Part shown: piece by piece, positions 1 to 8,381 of the stretch
Layout of the letters: each line of letters opens with the position of its first letter
Numbering within the stretch: position 1 is the first letter of the stretch
Assembly: GCA_035546615.1 (NCBI GenBank)
Contig: DASZWM010000002.1
Location: 32,001-96,000 of the forward strand
Direction: 5' to 3'
Source: Minisyncoccota bacterium
Lineage (GTDB): Bacteria; Patescibacteriota; Minisyncoccia; Phycocordibacterales; SBAW01
DNA: 64,000 nt
Notes under the pieces: model-generated
Databases searched by the model: none
What the model saw: the letters and a program-made list of their open reading frames with translations, nothing else
What the model was told of the DNA's origin: nothing
Program-made: the position numbers and the translations under genes

Positions 1-492
1 GCCCTCCACGTACGTCAGCGCGTTCATCTGGTAGTCGGTGAGAACGATTCCGTATTCGCGCAGCTTCTGCTCGCGGAAGCGCCGGAACGCCTCCTTGGTC
101 TGCAAGCCTTCCGCGTTGCTGGCTTCTCCGTTCTTAACTTGGATTCGCCACGGCTTCTCCAGGTCGTGAAGGAAGAATATCAGCGTGAAATCGTCGAGCT
201 CAAAGCGCATTGGCCTTCCGAAGGCCTTCTCGAACTCGTACAGGTGTCGCCCGTAGTTGAGGCCGTCGGTGATGTGGTCGATGTAGCCGCCTGCCCACGT
301 TTGATGGTTGTGGGTTGAACCCTGAGCCTTCTCGAAGAGCTTGCGATTATCCTGCAGGATGCGTTCGCAAGCGCCCCTCAGGCTGGTATCGCGGATATGA
401 GTCAGGCATTCATCGATAGTTTCGTAGTCGAAACCGAGGTTTATGGTCCGCACGGCTGTCTCCCTGGGTTTTGAAAGGACTGTTTTTACCAT
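1..492 (-). CDS. HD-domain-like phosphohydrolase, C-terminal part beyond window edge
   Basis: Minus-strand ORF: ATG at 492 with no stop before the window edge at position 1. Translation MVKTVLSKPRETAVRTINLGFDYE...HNHQTWAGGYIDHITDG...FFLHDLEKPW has H...HD spacing like HD-domain hydrolases. Confidence 0.35.
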   Translation of the reverse strand, partial: MVKTVLSKPRETAVRTINLGFDYETIDECLTHIRDTSLRGACERILQDNRKLFEKAQGSTHNHQTWAGGYIDHITDGLNYGRHLYEFEKAFGRPMRFELDDFTLIFFLHDLEKPWRIQVKNGEASNAEGLQTKEAFRRFREQKLREYGIVLTDYQMNALTYVEG

Positions 493-534
493 ACCACCTT
501 GTAAGGTTTTAATGAACGGCGCGTCAAAAGGGGT

Positions 535-954
535 ATGAAATTACAATTTTTTGCGGGATTTTTAGTAGCTATCTTGGCACTTGTGGGCGTTTGGGCGTAT
601 GCCTCTTGGGACCGCAACAAGATGCTGGACGGACAGGCGAACCAAAATATAGTTTCTAATGACGCCTCATCTTCTCCCGCGACCGGCGGCAAAAAGTCGC
701 CTACTTCGGAAACTTTGACCGGCACCATTGAGTGCCTCCCGCATAAGGGCGACGGCCCCCACACTATGGAATGCGCCGTCGGCATCAAGACCGACCAGGG
801 CCAGCACTACGCCCTCACCATGTTCGACTATCCGTCCGCTGCCGACGTTGGCGACCATGTGAAGCTCGTCGGAGTTACCGTAACTACAGACGAACTTCAT
901 GCGAGCTATGACATAGTCGGTACATTCCAGGTCGCAAGCGTTGAAAAGATATGA
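535..954 (+). CDS. hypothetical membrane-anchored/secreted protein
   Basis: 139-aa ORF with N-terminal hydrophobic segment (FFAGFLVAILALVGVWAYA); no recognizable family. Confidence 0.4.
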   Translation: MKLQFFAGFLVAILALVGVWAYASWDRNKMLDGQANQNIVSNDASSSPATGGKKSPTSETLTGTIECLPHKGDGPHTMECAVGIKTDQGQHYALTMFDYPSAADVGDHVKLVGVTVTTDELHASYDIVGTFQVASVEKI

Positions 955-1067
955 AAGCGCGCATCGTAAAAATGAAAAACGAATACGGAGGGGAGCTGAC
1001 GGTCATCCTGATAGCGCTTGCGGCGGTATTGGCCTACGCGTTCTGGGGCTCGCTGCTCATCAAGTAA
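951..1067 (+). CDS. possible 38-aa single-TM micro-protein
   Basis: ATG at 951; MKARIVKMKNEYGGELTVILIALAAVLAYAFWGSLLIK; stop followed directly by the GC-rich hairpin at 1072-1096. Confidence 0.2.
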   Translation: MKARIVKMKNEYGGELTVILIALAAVLAYAFWGSLLIK

Positions 1068-1071
1068 TAAC

Positions 1072-1096
1072 AGTACAAGCCCCCGCGGGGGCTTGT
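1072..1096. terminator. putative bidirectional intrinsic terminator
   Basis: Hairpin caagcccccgcgggggcttg between convergent ORFs. Confidence 0.4.
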
Positions 1097-1363
1097 TTAG
1101 AATTCGCGACCGAACCATTTCCCCTGATGCGGAGGCGCATCGTCCTCCATATCGCCCGGGGATGTGCTGACCGCCGCCTTTCGCATAAGAGCCGTCTGGA
1201 TGATGGTGTTGAGGTGCTCCGCTCTCGCGCGGTAGACAAGCACCGCGCCTCTCTTCACGTCATATCGCCGGTAGGCCTTGATCCCTGCCGCCGTCAATTC
1301 GCGGCGTATCGCCAGAACCGTTCTCTTGGCGGCTCTGACTTTTAGAACAGTCTCCTTCATTGC
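1097..1363 (-). CDS. hypothetical protein (88 aa)
   Basis: MKETVLKVRAAKRTVLAIRRELTAAG...; the track ORF 1097..1708 is its upstream extension and overlaps the plus-strand methyltransferase. Confidence 0.35.
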   Translation of the reverse strand, partial: AMKETVLKVRAAKRTVLAIRRELTAAGIKAYRRYDVKRGAVLVYRARAEHLNTIIQTALMRKAAVSTSPGDMEDDAPPHQGKWFGREF

Positions 1364-1432
1364 CGCTCCTGCCGCAGTATGCGCCTGAACCGACACGACT
1401 ATACCATGCGTTCGTGGGGTATACTTATACGC

Positions 1433-1990
1433 ATGGCAGAGAGTACTTTTTTGCACCCGGGTGCGGCGGTGCGAGCGGCCGGCATACATGAGGGGCTGCT
1501 CGTAGCCGACTTCGGGGCGGGGTCCGGCTTTTTTACCCGGGCGGCGGCGCGCGAGGTAGGCGATGCGGGCGCAGTGTGGGCGGTAGACCAGAATCGCGAC
1601 CTGTTGCCGCGCATCAAGAACCTTTCGGCAGGCGAAGGACTCAACAATGTAGAGGTTATGCACGGCGATATCGAGGTGGTGGGCGGCACCAACCTGCCGG
1701 AGAACCATTTCGACTTCGTTATTCTCGCCAACGTGCTTTTCATGCTCTCCGAGCGCGGCGAATGCATGGCGGAGATGCGCCGTGTGCTCAAAAAGACCGG
1801 CCGCGTTCTTGTTATCGACTGGAAGGATTCATTCGGGGGCCTTGGGCCGCATCCGGACCATGTGATCACTCAGGAAGCGGCACAGGCGCTGTTTGAAAAG
1901 CACGGCTTCACCATGGGCCCCGCGGTGCCGGCGGGCGAGTATCATTGGGGATTTGTCGTTCGCAAAAAAGCCGCGCAGGGCGCATTATAG
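1433..1990 (+). CDS. class I SAM-dependent methyltransferase
   Basis: Motif I VADFGAGSGFFT and a downstream acidic motif typical of Rossmann-fold MTases; an alternative start lies at 1379. Confidence 0.7.
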   Translation: MAESTFLHPGAAVRAAGIHEGLLVADFGAGSGFFTRAAAREVGDAGAVWAVDQNRDLLPRIKNLSAGEGLNNVEVMHGDIEVVGGTNLPENHFDFVILANVLFMLSERGECMAEMRRVLKKTGRVLVIDWKDSFGGLGPHPDHVITQEAAQALFEKHGFTMGPAVPAGEYHWGFVVRKKAAQGAL

Positions 1991-1999
1991 ATACAGGAT

Positions 2000-3301
2000 A
2001 TGTCCACGTTCCAAATCGTCGTCCTCGGCATCTTTTCTTCGCTTATCCTTATAGGCGTCGGCGTGTTCGCCGCCTTTGGCGGCGTGCTGGGCGGCGCGGC
2101 CATCGGCCCGGTTACTATTTGGGGCACGCTTGATAGGAACACGATGGACGGTCTTATAGAGGCCCTGCGCGCGGAGGACAAGGGCTTTGAAACCGTTACC
2201 TATGTGCAGAAAAGCGAAGCCGCGTACGAGGGCGACCTGGTAAACGCCATGGCATCCGGCTCCGGCCCCGATCTGTTCCTCCTTTCGGGCGACGAGGTGC
2301 TCCCGTTTTCCGACAAGATACTCACCATTCCGTACGGCTCCATTTCGCAGGGAAGCTACTTAGCTTCGTACGTGGACGAGGCGCAGCTATTTTTGACGCC
2401 GCAGGGCGTGCAGGCGCTGCCCTTCACGCTCGACCCCCTCGTGATGTACTGGAATCGCGACCTTTTCGCCTCCGCCGGCATCGCGTCGCCGCCGAGCGTC
2501 TGGAGCGAGTTTTTGACGCTGGCGCCCAAGATAACCTCGCTCGATACCCGGTCCACCGTGCAGAAAAGCGCGGTGGCACTCGGCGAATGGCGCAACATTC
2601 CGCACGCCAAGGATATTCTTGCCGCCCTGTTCATGCAGGTGGGGGACACTATCGTCGCCCGCGACGGTGCCGGAGCGCCTACGGTTACGTTCGGCTCGGA
2701 GCCCGAAGGCTCGGCCGGCAATCCGGCGGAGTCGGCCCTGCGCTTCTATACCGAGTTCGCAAATCCTTCAAAGACCAGCTACTCGTGGAACCGGGCGCTG
2801 CCTCCGGCGGCTGACGCGTTCGTGTCGGGCGACGTGGGCGTCTACTTTGGCTTCGCAAGCGAGTATACGGAAATTAGCCAGCGCAACCCTAACTTGCGGT
2901 TCGGCGTCGCGCTTCTGCCGCAGATAGACCAGGGCGGAAGCCGGGTCACCTACGGCGACATCACCGGCATCGCTATAGCGCGCACGGCAGCGAACGTTAA
3001 AGGCGCGCTTACGGTAGCGCAGATACTCTCGGGCAAAACATCGGTCGGCATTATCTCCGGAGCGCTCTCCTTGCCGCCCGTTCGGCGCGATGTCGCGGTG
3101 GATACCGCATCCAGCGCCACAGCGGGCGTCTTCGTGCAGTCGGGGCTTATCGCGCGCGGCTGGCTTGATCCGTCCCCGAAAGGAAGCGATACCGTGTTCC
3201 AGACCATGATAGAATCCGTGGTGAGCGGCAAGGAGGCGCCCGCCACTGCGGTAAGCGAAGGCAAGGGGGCGCTCAGCGAGCTGCTGCCGTCGACCAGATA
3301 A
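2000..3301 (+). CDS. extracellular solute-binding protein (ABC transporter family 1-like), membrane anchored
   Basis: N-terminal TM followed by an SBP-like region (LVMYWNRDLFASAGI..PPSVWSEF). Confidence 0.5.
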   Translation: MSTFQIVVLGIFSSLILIGVGVFAAFGGVLGGAAIGPVTIWGTLDRNTMDGLIEALRAEDKGFETVTYVQKSEAAYEGDLVNAMASGSGPDLFLLSGDEVLPFSDKILTIPYGSISQGSYLASYVDEAQLFLTPQGVQALPFTLDPLVMYWNRDLFASAGIASPPSVWSEFLTLAPKITSLDTRSTVQKSAVALGEWRNIPHAKDILAALFMQVGDTIVARDGAGAPTVTFGSEPEGSAGNPAESALRFYTEFANPSKTSYSWNRALPPAADAFVSGDVGVYFGFASEYTEISQRNPNLRFGVALLPQIDQGGSRVTYGDITGIAIARTAANVKGALTVAQILSGKTSVGIISGALSLPPVRRDVAVDTASSATAGVFVQSGLIARGWLDPSPKGSDTVFQTMIESVVSGKEAPATAVSEGKGALSELLPSTR

Positions 3302-3304
3302 GCG

Positions 3305-3787
3305 ATGAAACTATTTTTCTTCAAGCATAAGGAAGTCATGCGCGTGCTATTTACGGTGACAATATTCTTATTGCCAATCATAGCTCTTGGGGCAACTTCT
3401 TCGGGCGGCAATACGTTGCCCACGTCCTCCGGCGGCAACACCTTGCCGACCTCCTATGGCGGCAATACGGCAAATTCAGGCGACAACTGCGACCCCAGGG
3501 TCCAGGTATGCAACCCGCTCCAGTTCCATAGCATCTGCGGCCTGGTGACCGGCGTGTTGGATGCCATCATGGTAATCGGCATTCCGATAGCTATAATGTT
3601 CGTCGTATGGGCCGGATTTAAATTCGTCGTAGCGCAAGGCAATCCGGAATCCATTTCACAGGCTAAAACCAATTTTCTGCATGTCATCATCGGCATCGCC
3701 ATATTCGTGGGTGCTTCGCTAATCGCGCATGTCATCATGCAAACGATCGAAAATCTCGGAGTGACCGGCATTAGTTCCTGCCAATAA
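3305..3787 (+). CDS. TrbC/VirB2-like pilin family small membrane protein
   Basis: Signal peptide, SSGGNTLPTS repeats, Cys pair, then two hydrophobic helices (IPIAIMFVVWAG ... IGIAIFVGASLIAHV), the VirB2-type topology. Confidence 0.5.
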   Translation: MKLFFFKHKEVMRVLFTVTIFLLPIIALGATSSGGNTLPTSSGGNTLPTSYGGNTANSGDNCDPRVQVCNPLQFHSICGLVTGVLDAIMVIGIPIAIMFVVWAGFKFVVAQGNPESISQAKTNFLHVIIGIAIFVGASLIAHVIMQTIENLGVTGISSCQ

Positions 3788-3788
3788 T

Positions 3789-4145
3789 ATGCCGCTCACC
3801 GCCGCCGCTACGCTTTCAAACCAATCGTCGCTCAAAGATGTCGCATTATTCGCGGTGGAGATTCTCAACTCCCTGGTTCCGGTCCTCCTGGTGCTTATCC
3901 TCGTGCTCTTTCTCTGGATAGGGGTGCAGTATATCTACCGGGCCGACGGTGAGAACAAGGCCTCTACCCGGGAAGCGATTCTCTGGGGGCTTATAGCGCT
4001 ATTTGTCGCCTTCTCAGTGTGGGGAATAGTGCGCCTGGCTTGCAGCACGCTTCTTGGCACCAGCGAATGCAGTTCAGGCAGCAGCGGTGGAGGGGGAAAT
4101 GCAAACCAGGCGCCGCTCAATATCATTCCCGAATCGGCCCGCTAA
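3789..4145 (+). CDS. pilin-like small membrane protein (paralog)
   Basis: Two TM helices with the REAILWGLIALFVAFSVWGIVRL motif shared with the neighbours. Confidence 0.4.
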   Translation: MPLTAAATLSNQSSLKDVALFAVEILNSLVPVLLVLILVLFLWIGVQYIYRADGENKASTREAILWGLIALFVAFSVWGIVRLACSTLLGTSECSSGSSGGGGNANQAPLNIIPESAR

Positions 4146-4224
4146 GCTAAAAACTATCCACACGGCCGCCTTGTGCCGGAGCGCCCCGCGGCATACAGTT
4201 AAGCCATACCCATTTAATACTCGT

Positions 4225-4572
4225 ATGAAAAAAACAGCACTTATCTCATCTCTTTTGTTCGCCTTGCCGGCGTTCGCCTTCGCTCAGGTGCAGGGTAACA
4301 ACCTCCAGGGGCTTATCGCATGGCTGGGCGATACGCTCAATATGCTCATTCCGGTCCTTATCGCGCTCGCGCTCGTGGCATTCTTCTGGGGATTGGTCCG
4401 CTACGTTTGGGGTGCAGGCGGCGAAGGCGCAGCTGACGGCAAGAGCATCATGATAGCAGGGCTCCTTGGCCTTTTCATCATGGTGTCCGTCTGGGGCATC
4501 ATCAAGCTCGCGCAGAATACCCTTGGCGTTAACAACAGCAACGCTCCTCAATATCCGCAGGTTCCGCGCTAA
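4225..4572 (+). CDS. TrbC/VirB2-like pilin family protein (paralog)
   Basis: MKKTALISSLLFALPAFAFA signal peptide, two TM helices, GLLGLFIMVSVWGIIKLAQNTLGV motif. Confidence 0.5.
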   Translation: MKKTALISSLLFALPAFAFAQVQGNNLQGLIAWLGDTLNMLIPVLIALALVAFFWGLVRYVWGAGGEGAADGKSIMIAGLLGLFIMVSVWGIIKLAQNTLGVNNSNAPQYPQVPR

Positions 4573-4578
4573 CCGGGT

Positions 4579-4878
4579 ATGAACAACGCGGCGGCGGTTA
4601 CCGTGTCGGGCCAGTGCATAGACAGCGCGCGGCTCTTTGCGGGCTGCCTGGCTGACCTCATCATCAATCCAATACTGCTGCTCATATTCGTAGCGGGGCT
4701 CGTCGTATTCATTTACGGCATTGTCGAGTTCGTCTGGGGCCTTTCCGCGAACGGCGAGGAAAAGGAGAAAGGGAAGCAGCACATGCTCTACGGCCTTATC
4801 GGCATGTTCATCATGGCGGCGGCCTTCAGCATCATAAAAATAATTGCCAACACGATCGGCGTCTCGGTGCCGCACTAG
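4579..4878 (+). CDS. pilin-like small membrane protein (paralog)
   Basis: MLYGLIGMFIMAAAFSIIKIIANTIGV is paralogous to the C-terminus of 4225..4572. Confidence 0.45.
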   Translation: MNNAAAVTVSGQCIDSARLFAGCLADLIINPILLLIFVAGLVVFIYGIVEFVWGLSANGEEKEKGKQHMLYGLIGMFIMAAAFSIIKIIANTIGVSVPH

Positions 4879-4895
4879 CTTTTAGAAATAGAAAA

Positions 4896-4922
4896 GGCGC
4901 GGGAAAGAAATTTCCCGCGCCC
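4896..4922. terminator. putative bidirectional terminator
   Basis: Hairpin ggcgcgggaaagaaatttcccgcgcc between convergent genes. Confidence 0.4.
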
Positions 4923-4939
4923 TCAGTGTTGTTGACCTC

Positions 4940-5761
4940 CTAGTTGTACCGGGGAGGCGAGAGTGCGACCCCCAGTATGAAGGGAGTGTCGGCGCTCCAT
5001 GCCCACTCGGCGTCGTTTGGGAGACTTCCTCCACACACCTCGTAAGGGGTGGTATCTCCCGTCCATGCGGCACGCTGGACGATAATGCAGTGCCCGTCGT
5101 GCCACAGGTCCGGCGCGCACATGCCGCCGGGATTGAAGTTAGTGGGCGTTTCAGTATCCAGCGCGTAGCTTGTCTTCGAGGAACATGAATCCTGCGGACC
5201 CACGCTTCCGACAGCTACCTGCTCCGGCGCGCCACTGCCGCTCATGAGCGAAGCCAGCATCGGAATTGCGAAGAACCCGAGCAGGATGGTGAGGAAGACA
5301 GCGAATACCCGCCGCCCTCCTTTGCTGGTAAGTACCAGCACCGCCGTAGCCAACATGCCTGCAACGAGCAGACCTGTGAGCAATTGCGTTGTGAAGAACT
5401 TCGCTGCTGCCGTGCCTGTATTTCCTACGCTCGCCCAGATCGAAGCCTGGAATGAAGCAAGGAAGGCAAGCGGAGCGAGCAGCGCGGTGGCAAGCACAAT
5501 CAGAGTGATCGCCACTGCCACCCAAAGCCACCGAGGCAAGGCATACCACCGGGGACCGGTATGGGTCGCGGGTTCTTCGTGCCCGTGGCCACCACCCGCC
5601 GCAGGAGCGGCGGGTGCAGCTGCAGGCGTATGTACTGCCGGGGGAAGAGTCGCTCTCCCGGCAGGTGTTCTTGTTCTGCGCCCCCTGCTGAGCATGGCTG
5701 CGGAAAATATGATCGCAACGATACCAGCAGAGGCGACAGCGATAATCCAACCCTGAAGCAT
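4940..5761 (-). CDS. hypothetical polytopic membrane protein with Cys-containing C-terminal domain
   Basis: Several TM segments and a Pro/Ala-rich linker; start overlaps the upstream gene's stop (ATGA). Confidence 0.45.
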   Translation of the reverse strand: MLQGWIIAVASAGIVAIIFSAAMLSRGRRTRTPAGRATLPPAVHTPAAAPAAPAAGGGHGHEEPATHTGPRWYALPRWLWVAVAITLIVLATALLAPLAFLASFQASIWASVGNTGTAAAKFFTTQLLTGLLVAGMLATAVLVLTSKGGRRVFAVFLTILLGFFAIPMLASLMSGSGAPEQVAVGSVGPQDSCSSKTSYALDTETPTNFNPGGMCAPDLWHDGHCIIVQRAAWTGDTTPYEVCGGSLPNDAEWAWSADTPFILGVALSPPRYN

Positions 5762-7035
5762 TACGTTTCAGCTCCTTCTCTAAGTCTACGGACCTCGCGT
5801 ATGAGAGCAGCCTGTCCTGGGTCGATTTGAGCTCCACCCAGGATTACGATGCCGCCGTTCCTTCCGGCCGCTTCGGCCGCGCGAACCGTACCTTCGATCT
5901 GGGGAATGACAGTGGCGTCGGGGTATTCCTTGAGCGCTGCGCCGGTTTCCCGTATCAGTGCCGCCTGCCCCTTCGCCCGTTCGATTTGGGCATCCTTGTC
6001 CACCCGGGCTATCGCGAGGTCGCCAAGGCGAGCTCCGATAGCCGGATTTGTCGGAGTAATGTCCCGGATTTGCACCCGGACGTTCATTACGCCGAAGTCC
6101 AGCGTCGTACCGTCGGTGGTTTTTGCATCCACCGCCGGAGCCGGCTTTCCCGTGCGGGCGATGGCGTCTGCCAATTCCCGCGCCTCGTCTTCGTCCTGTG
6201 CTGATAGTACCGCGTTTAGGGAGTGCGACCTCGTGAACGCGGTTACAGCATCGGAAGTAGTAGTTAGCAGGCGGCGAGTCCAGTCATCATCCGTGTTATA
6301 GGCCGTATCGTACGGGTTGGTAACCCGCTCGATAAGGTCGACATGGATACTCACGGGAATCTTGTCCTGCGTGTCCGCCTTGGGGATGATGATGGGATAG
6401 AGGAAGTCAGCGACACGATAGTGGTCGCTATAGTCCTCGACCCGTACGAAGTCAACTTCCCCGTCCGGTCGGGTAATTTCCTTGAAGCGTTCGACCGGAT
6501 ACACGCGGATGTTCTGGAAGGGCGGGATGCCGGTGAATATGGCACCCGTGATCCAGTAGGTCCAACGCTTCCATGCCCACCAGAGAACGCTGATAGGCGA
6601 GTAGAGCAGCCAGACGAAAAAGAACCACCCGCGTTTTCTTCCCGGAAAGGGTATAGGATGAGAGTCGGTATAGCCGCCCTCGCCCGGCAGATTCGTTTCC
6701 TCCACCTTCCAATAGGCGTTATCACGCCGATGGAGGGGGTTATCTTTCTCGCCTTTGAACTTATGCCCTTCGAATGCCATGATGGCATCGACGAACCGCT
6801 GCCCGCGCTCCTTGATCTTCACCCGGCCTGGTTGCAGGTAGGTGAAAAAGCCGGCACGCGACGGCGGGTAATTCAGCTCATTGTTCCAGTCGTCCGGACG
6901 ATATTCGTTCGGGTCGTTGGTGAGCCGATCGACGGCATGCGGTATAAGCGGCAGAAGAAAGAGCACGGCAAAGATACCTGCTCCCGCCCATGCCACCCAA
7001 CCAAGTACCGTTACGAGCGTGAACAGAATTTCCAT
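5761..7035 (-). CDS. SPFH/band-7-like membrane protein (tentative)
   Basis: N-terminal TM; C-terminal region ERAKGQAALIRETGAALKE...GGIVILGG resembles stomatin/flotillin C-termini. Confidence 0.35.
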   Translation of the reverse strand: MEILFTLVTVLGWVAWAGAGIFAVLFLLPLIPHAVDRLTNDPNEYRPDDWNNELNYPPSRAGFFTYLQPGRVKIKERGQRFVDAIMAFEGHKFKGEKDNPLHRRDNAYWKVEETNLPGEGGYTDSHPIPFPGRKRGWFFFVWLLYSPISVLWWAWKRWTYWITGAIFTGIPPFQNIRVYPVERFKEITRPDGEVDFVRVEDYSDHYRVADFLYPIIIPKADTQDKIPVSIHVDLIERVTNPYDTAYNTDDDWTRRLLTTTSDAVTAFTRSHSLNAVLSAQDEDEARELADAIARTGKPAPAVDAKTTDGTTLDFGVMNVRVQIRDITPTNPAIGARLGDLAIARVDKDAQIERAKGQAALIRETGAALKEYPDATVIPQIEGTVRAAEAAGRNGGIVILGGAQIDPGQAALIREVRRLREGAET

Positions 7036-7195
7036 CTAGGTTACTCCTATTGAATTTTCAAGCATCTATTGCGAATAGCAGCCCAAAGGCAGCTACACGC
7101 TTCACCTACTATTATATCATACTTAGTACCACTTTGTCAAGCTACAAAAGCCTTGGAATATAAGGCCAAATCGAACGTTTTCCTACTGCTTTTTG

Positions 7196-7279
7196 TGCCG
7201 GGGGTGGGAATCGAACCCACACGAACTCGCGTTCTCAGGATTTTAAGTCCTGTATGTCTACCAATTCCATCACCCCGGC
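7196..7279 (-). tRNA. tRNA-Leu(TAA)
   Basis: Reverse complement GCCGGGGTGATGGAATTGGTAGACATACAGGACTTAAAATCCTG...GGGTTCGATTCCCACCCCCGGCA: cloverleaf with long variable arm, anticodon UAA. Confidence 0.85.
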
Positions 7280-7284
7280 GTTTC

Positions 7285-7332
7285 ATATTTTTACCACGAA
7301 TTTATGCTCTGTATATGATACAGTGTCAGCAC
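7285..7332. promoter_or_regulatory. putative divergent promoter region between two tRNA-Leu genes
   Basis: ttacca-17nt-tatgat on the plus strand; tgacac-17nt-ataaat on the minus strand; near-palindrome ctgtatatgatacag. Confidence 0.25.
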
Positions 7333-7414
7333 GCTGGGGTGGCGGAATTGGTATACGCACCTGCCTTAGGAGCAGACGGGGTAACCCATGGAGGTTCAAG
7401 TCCTCTCCCCAGCA
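7333..7414 (+). tRNA. tRNA-Leu(TAG)
   Basis: GCTGGGGTGGCGGAATTGGTATACGCACCTGCCTTAGGAGCAG...GAGGTTCAAGTCCTCTCCCCAGCA; type II variable arm, anticodon UAG. Confidence 0.85.
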
Positions 7415-7534
7415 CATTGTAAGAGATAAGTTTTTGTTGTATTTTGATTCATACGCGCCTATATCTTCCCCAGGTCGATATAGCCGTTCGTTCGGGGCGA
7501 ATGCAAAACAGGATTTTGCGCTCTTCCTCACTTC

Positions 7535-7607
7535 GCGCCTATAGCTCAGCTGGTAGAGCTGCTCCCTCTTAAGGAGAAGGTCCCAGGTTCGAATCCTGGT
7601 GGGCGCA
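7535..7607 (+). tRNA. tRNA-Lys(CTT)
   Basis: GCGCCTATAGCTCAGCTGGTAGAGCTGCTCCCTCTTAAGGAGAAGGTCCCAGGTTCGAATCCTGGTGGGCGCA. Confidence 0.85.
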
Positions 7608-7618
7608 CAGACGACAGT

Positions 7619-7642
7619 AAAATCCCGCTTGAGCGGGATTTT
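7619..7642 (+). terminator. hairpin immediately 3' of tRNA-Lys
   Basis: aaaatcccgcttgagcgggatttt. Confidence 0.4.
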
Positions 7643-7650
7643 CTGCGCTG

Positions 7651-7759
7651 TGCGGGGCGCAGCCATGTCCCGCACTGGCGGGACGGCGAGCCGGGGTCGC
7701 GAAACTATTTCGCGACGGCGAAATAGTATTTGTGACCACAAAGTGCGAGACGCTTTTTT
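7651..7759 (+). repeat. structured repeat family F1, copy 1 (3' of tRNA-Lys)
   Basis: Hairpin gtcccgc-actg-gcgggac, conserved GAGCCGGGGTCGCGAAA, hairpin actatttcgc-GACG-gcgaaatagt, conserved TATTTGTGACC, then gcgagacgc plus T-run. The second copy at 17829..17945 has different stem sequences that still pair. Confidence 0.6.
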
Positions 7760-7765
7760 GAGGCC

Positions 7766-7897
7766 AGGAGAAATCGATCAGGCGTTCAAAAATTGTCGTC
7801 ACAATTTTTGCCGCACGACCCTGCCTCGCTCCCAAGTCTGCTGACTTGGGGCCCGCTCCGGCTTGCGATTCCCGACGAGAAGCACCCCGTGCTTCTC
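7766..7897 (-). repeat. structured repeat family F2, copy A (sense on minus strand, 3' of infB-rbfA)
   Basis: Reading the minus strand: 9-bp hairpin with GGG loop; GGAATCGCAAGCCGGAGCGGGCCCC; 8-bp hairpin; GGGAGCGAGGCAGGGTCGTGCGG; AU-rich hairpin with GACG loop; tail CTGATCGATTTC complementary to the 5' GGAATCG. Confidence 0.65.
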
Positions 7898-8052
7898 TCC
7901 ATGGCCGCTTGCGTCGAAGACTCCTTAGAGGCCACGGCGGGAATCGCACCCGCGTATAAAGGATTTGCAGTCCCTTGCCTTACTACTTGGCTACGTGGCC
8001 ATTGCCTAGCGGCAGGCACGTGCCCGCACGCGTAGGTGTAATTACAATACCG

Positions 8053-8370
8053 TTACTGCGAGAGTTCGTCGAGGCGCTGCCGGTTCTTTTCGCCCATATC
8101 TATTTCGAATACGATGTCCGGCGGAAGCGCACCCTTGATGCGCGTCTTGAAGAAATCCTTCATCTCGGTGCGATTGCGATTGGCGAATGACAACGCGTTC
8201 TCCTCCGCAGTCTCAGGCAGTACGGTCATATAAATAGTCGCGTGCTTGTTGTCTTCGGTTAACATGGCGCGGGTAATGGTGATGAGCGAGCCGCGGCCCG
8301 CTTCGCGCACCATGAATTCCGCCGCGACATCGCGCAGTCCTGCCTCAAGCCGTTCGTGTCGGTTGTCCAT
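8053..8370 (-). CDS. rbfA: ribosome-binding factor A
   Basis: About 105 aa, downstream of infB in the conserved infB-rbfA order; RbfA-like sequence (SLITITRAMLTEDNKHATIYMTV). Confidence 0.7.
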   Translation of the reverse strand: MDNRHERLEAGLRDVAAEFMVREAGRGSLITITRAMLTEDNKHATIYMTVLPETAEENALSFANRNRTEMKDFFKTRIKGALPPDIVFEIDMGEKNRQRLDELSQ

Positions 8371-8381
8371 ACGTTTCTATA

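Noticed and set aside
7766-7897. Possibility that the F2 element is tmRNA, RNase P RNA, SRP RNA or 6S RNA
   Set aside because: None of the signature motifs are present: RNase P GGAAAGUCCGG / ACAGAA, the SRP domain IV GGAA/AGCAGCC helix, the tmRNA tRNA-like ends with a tag ORF. The element is multi-copy and only about 120 nt long.
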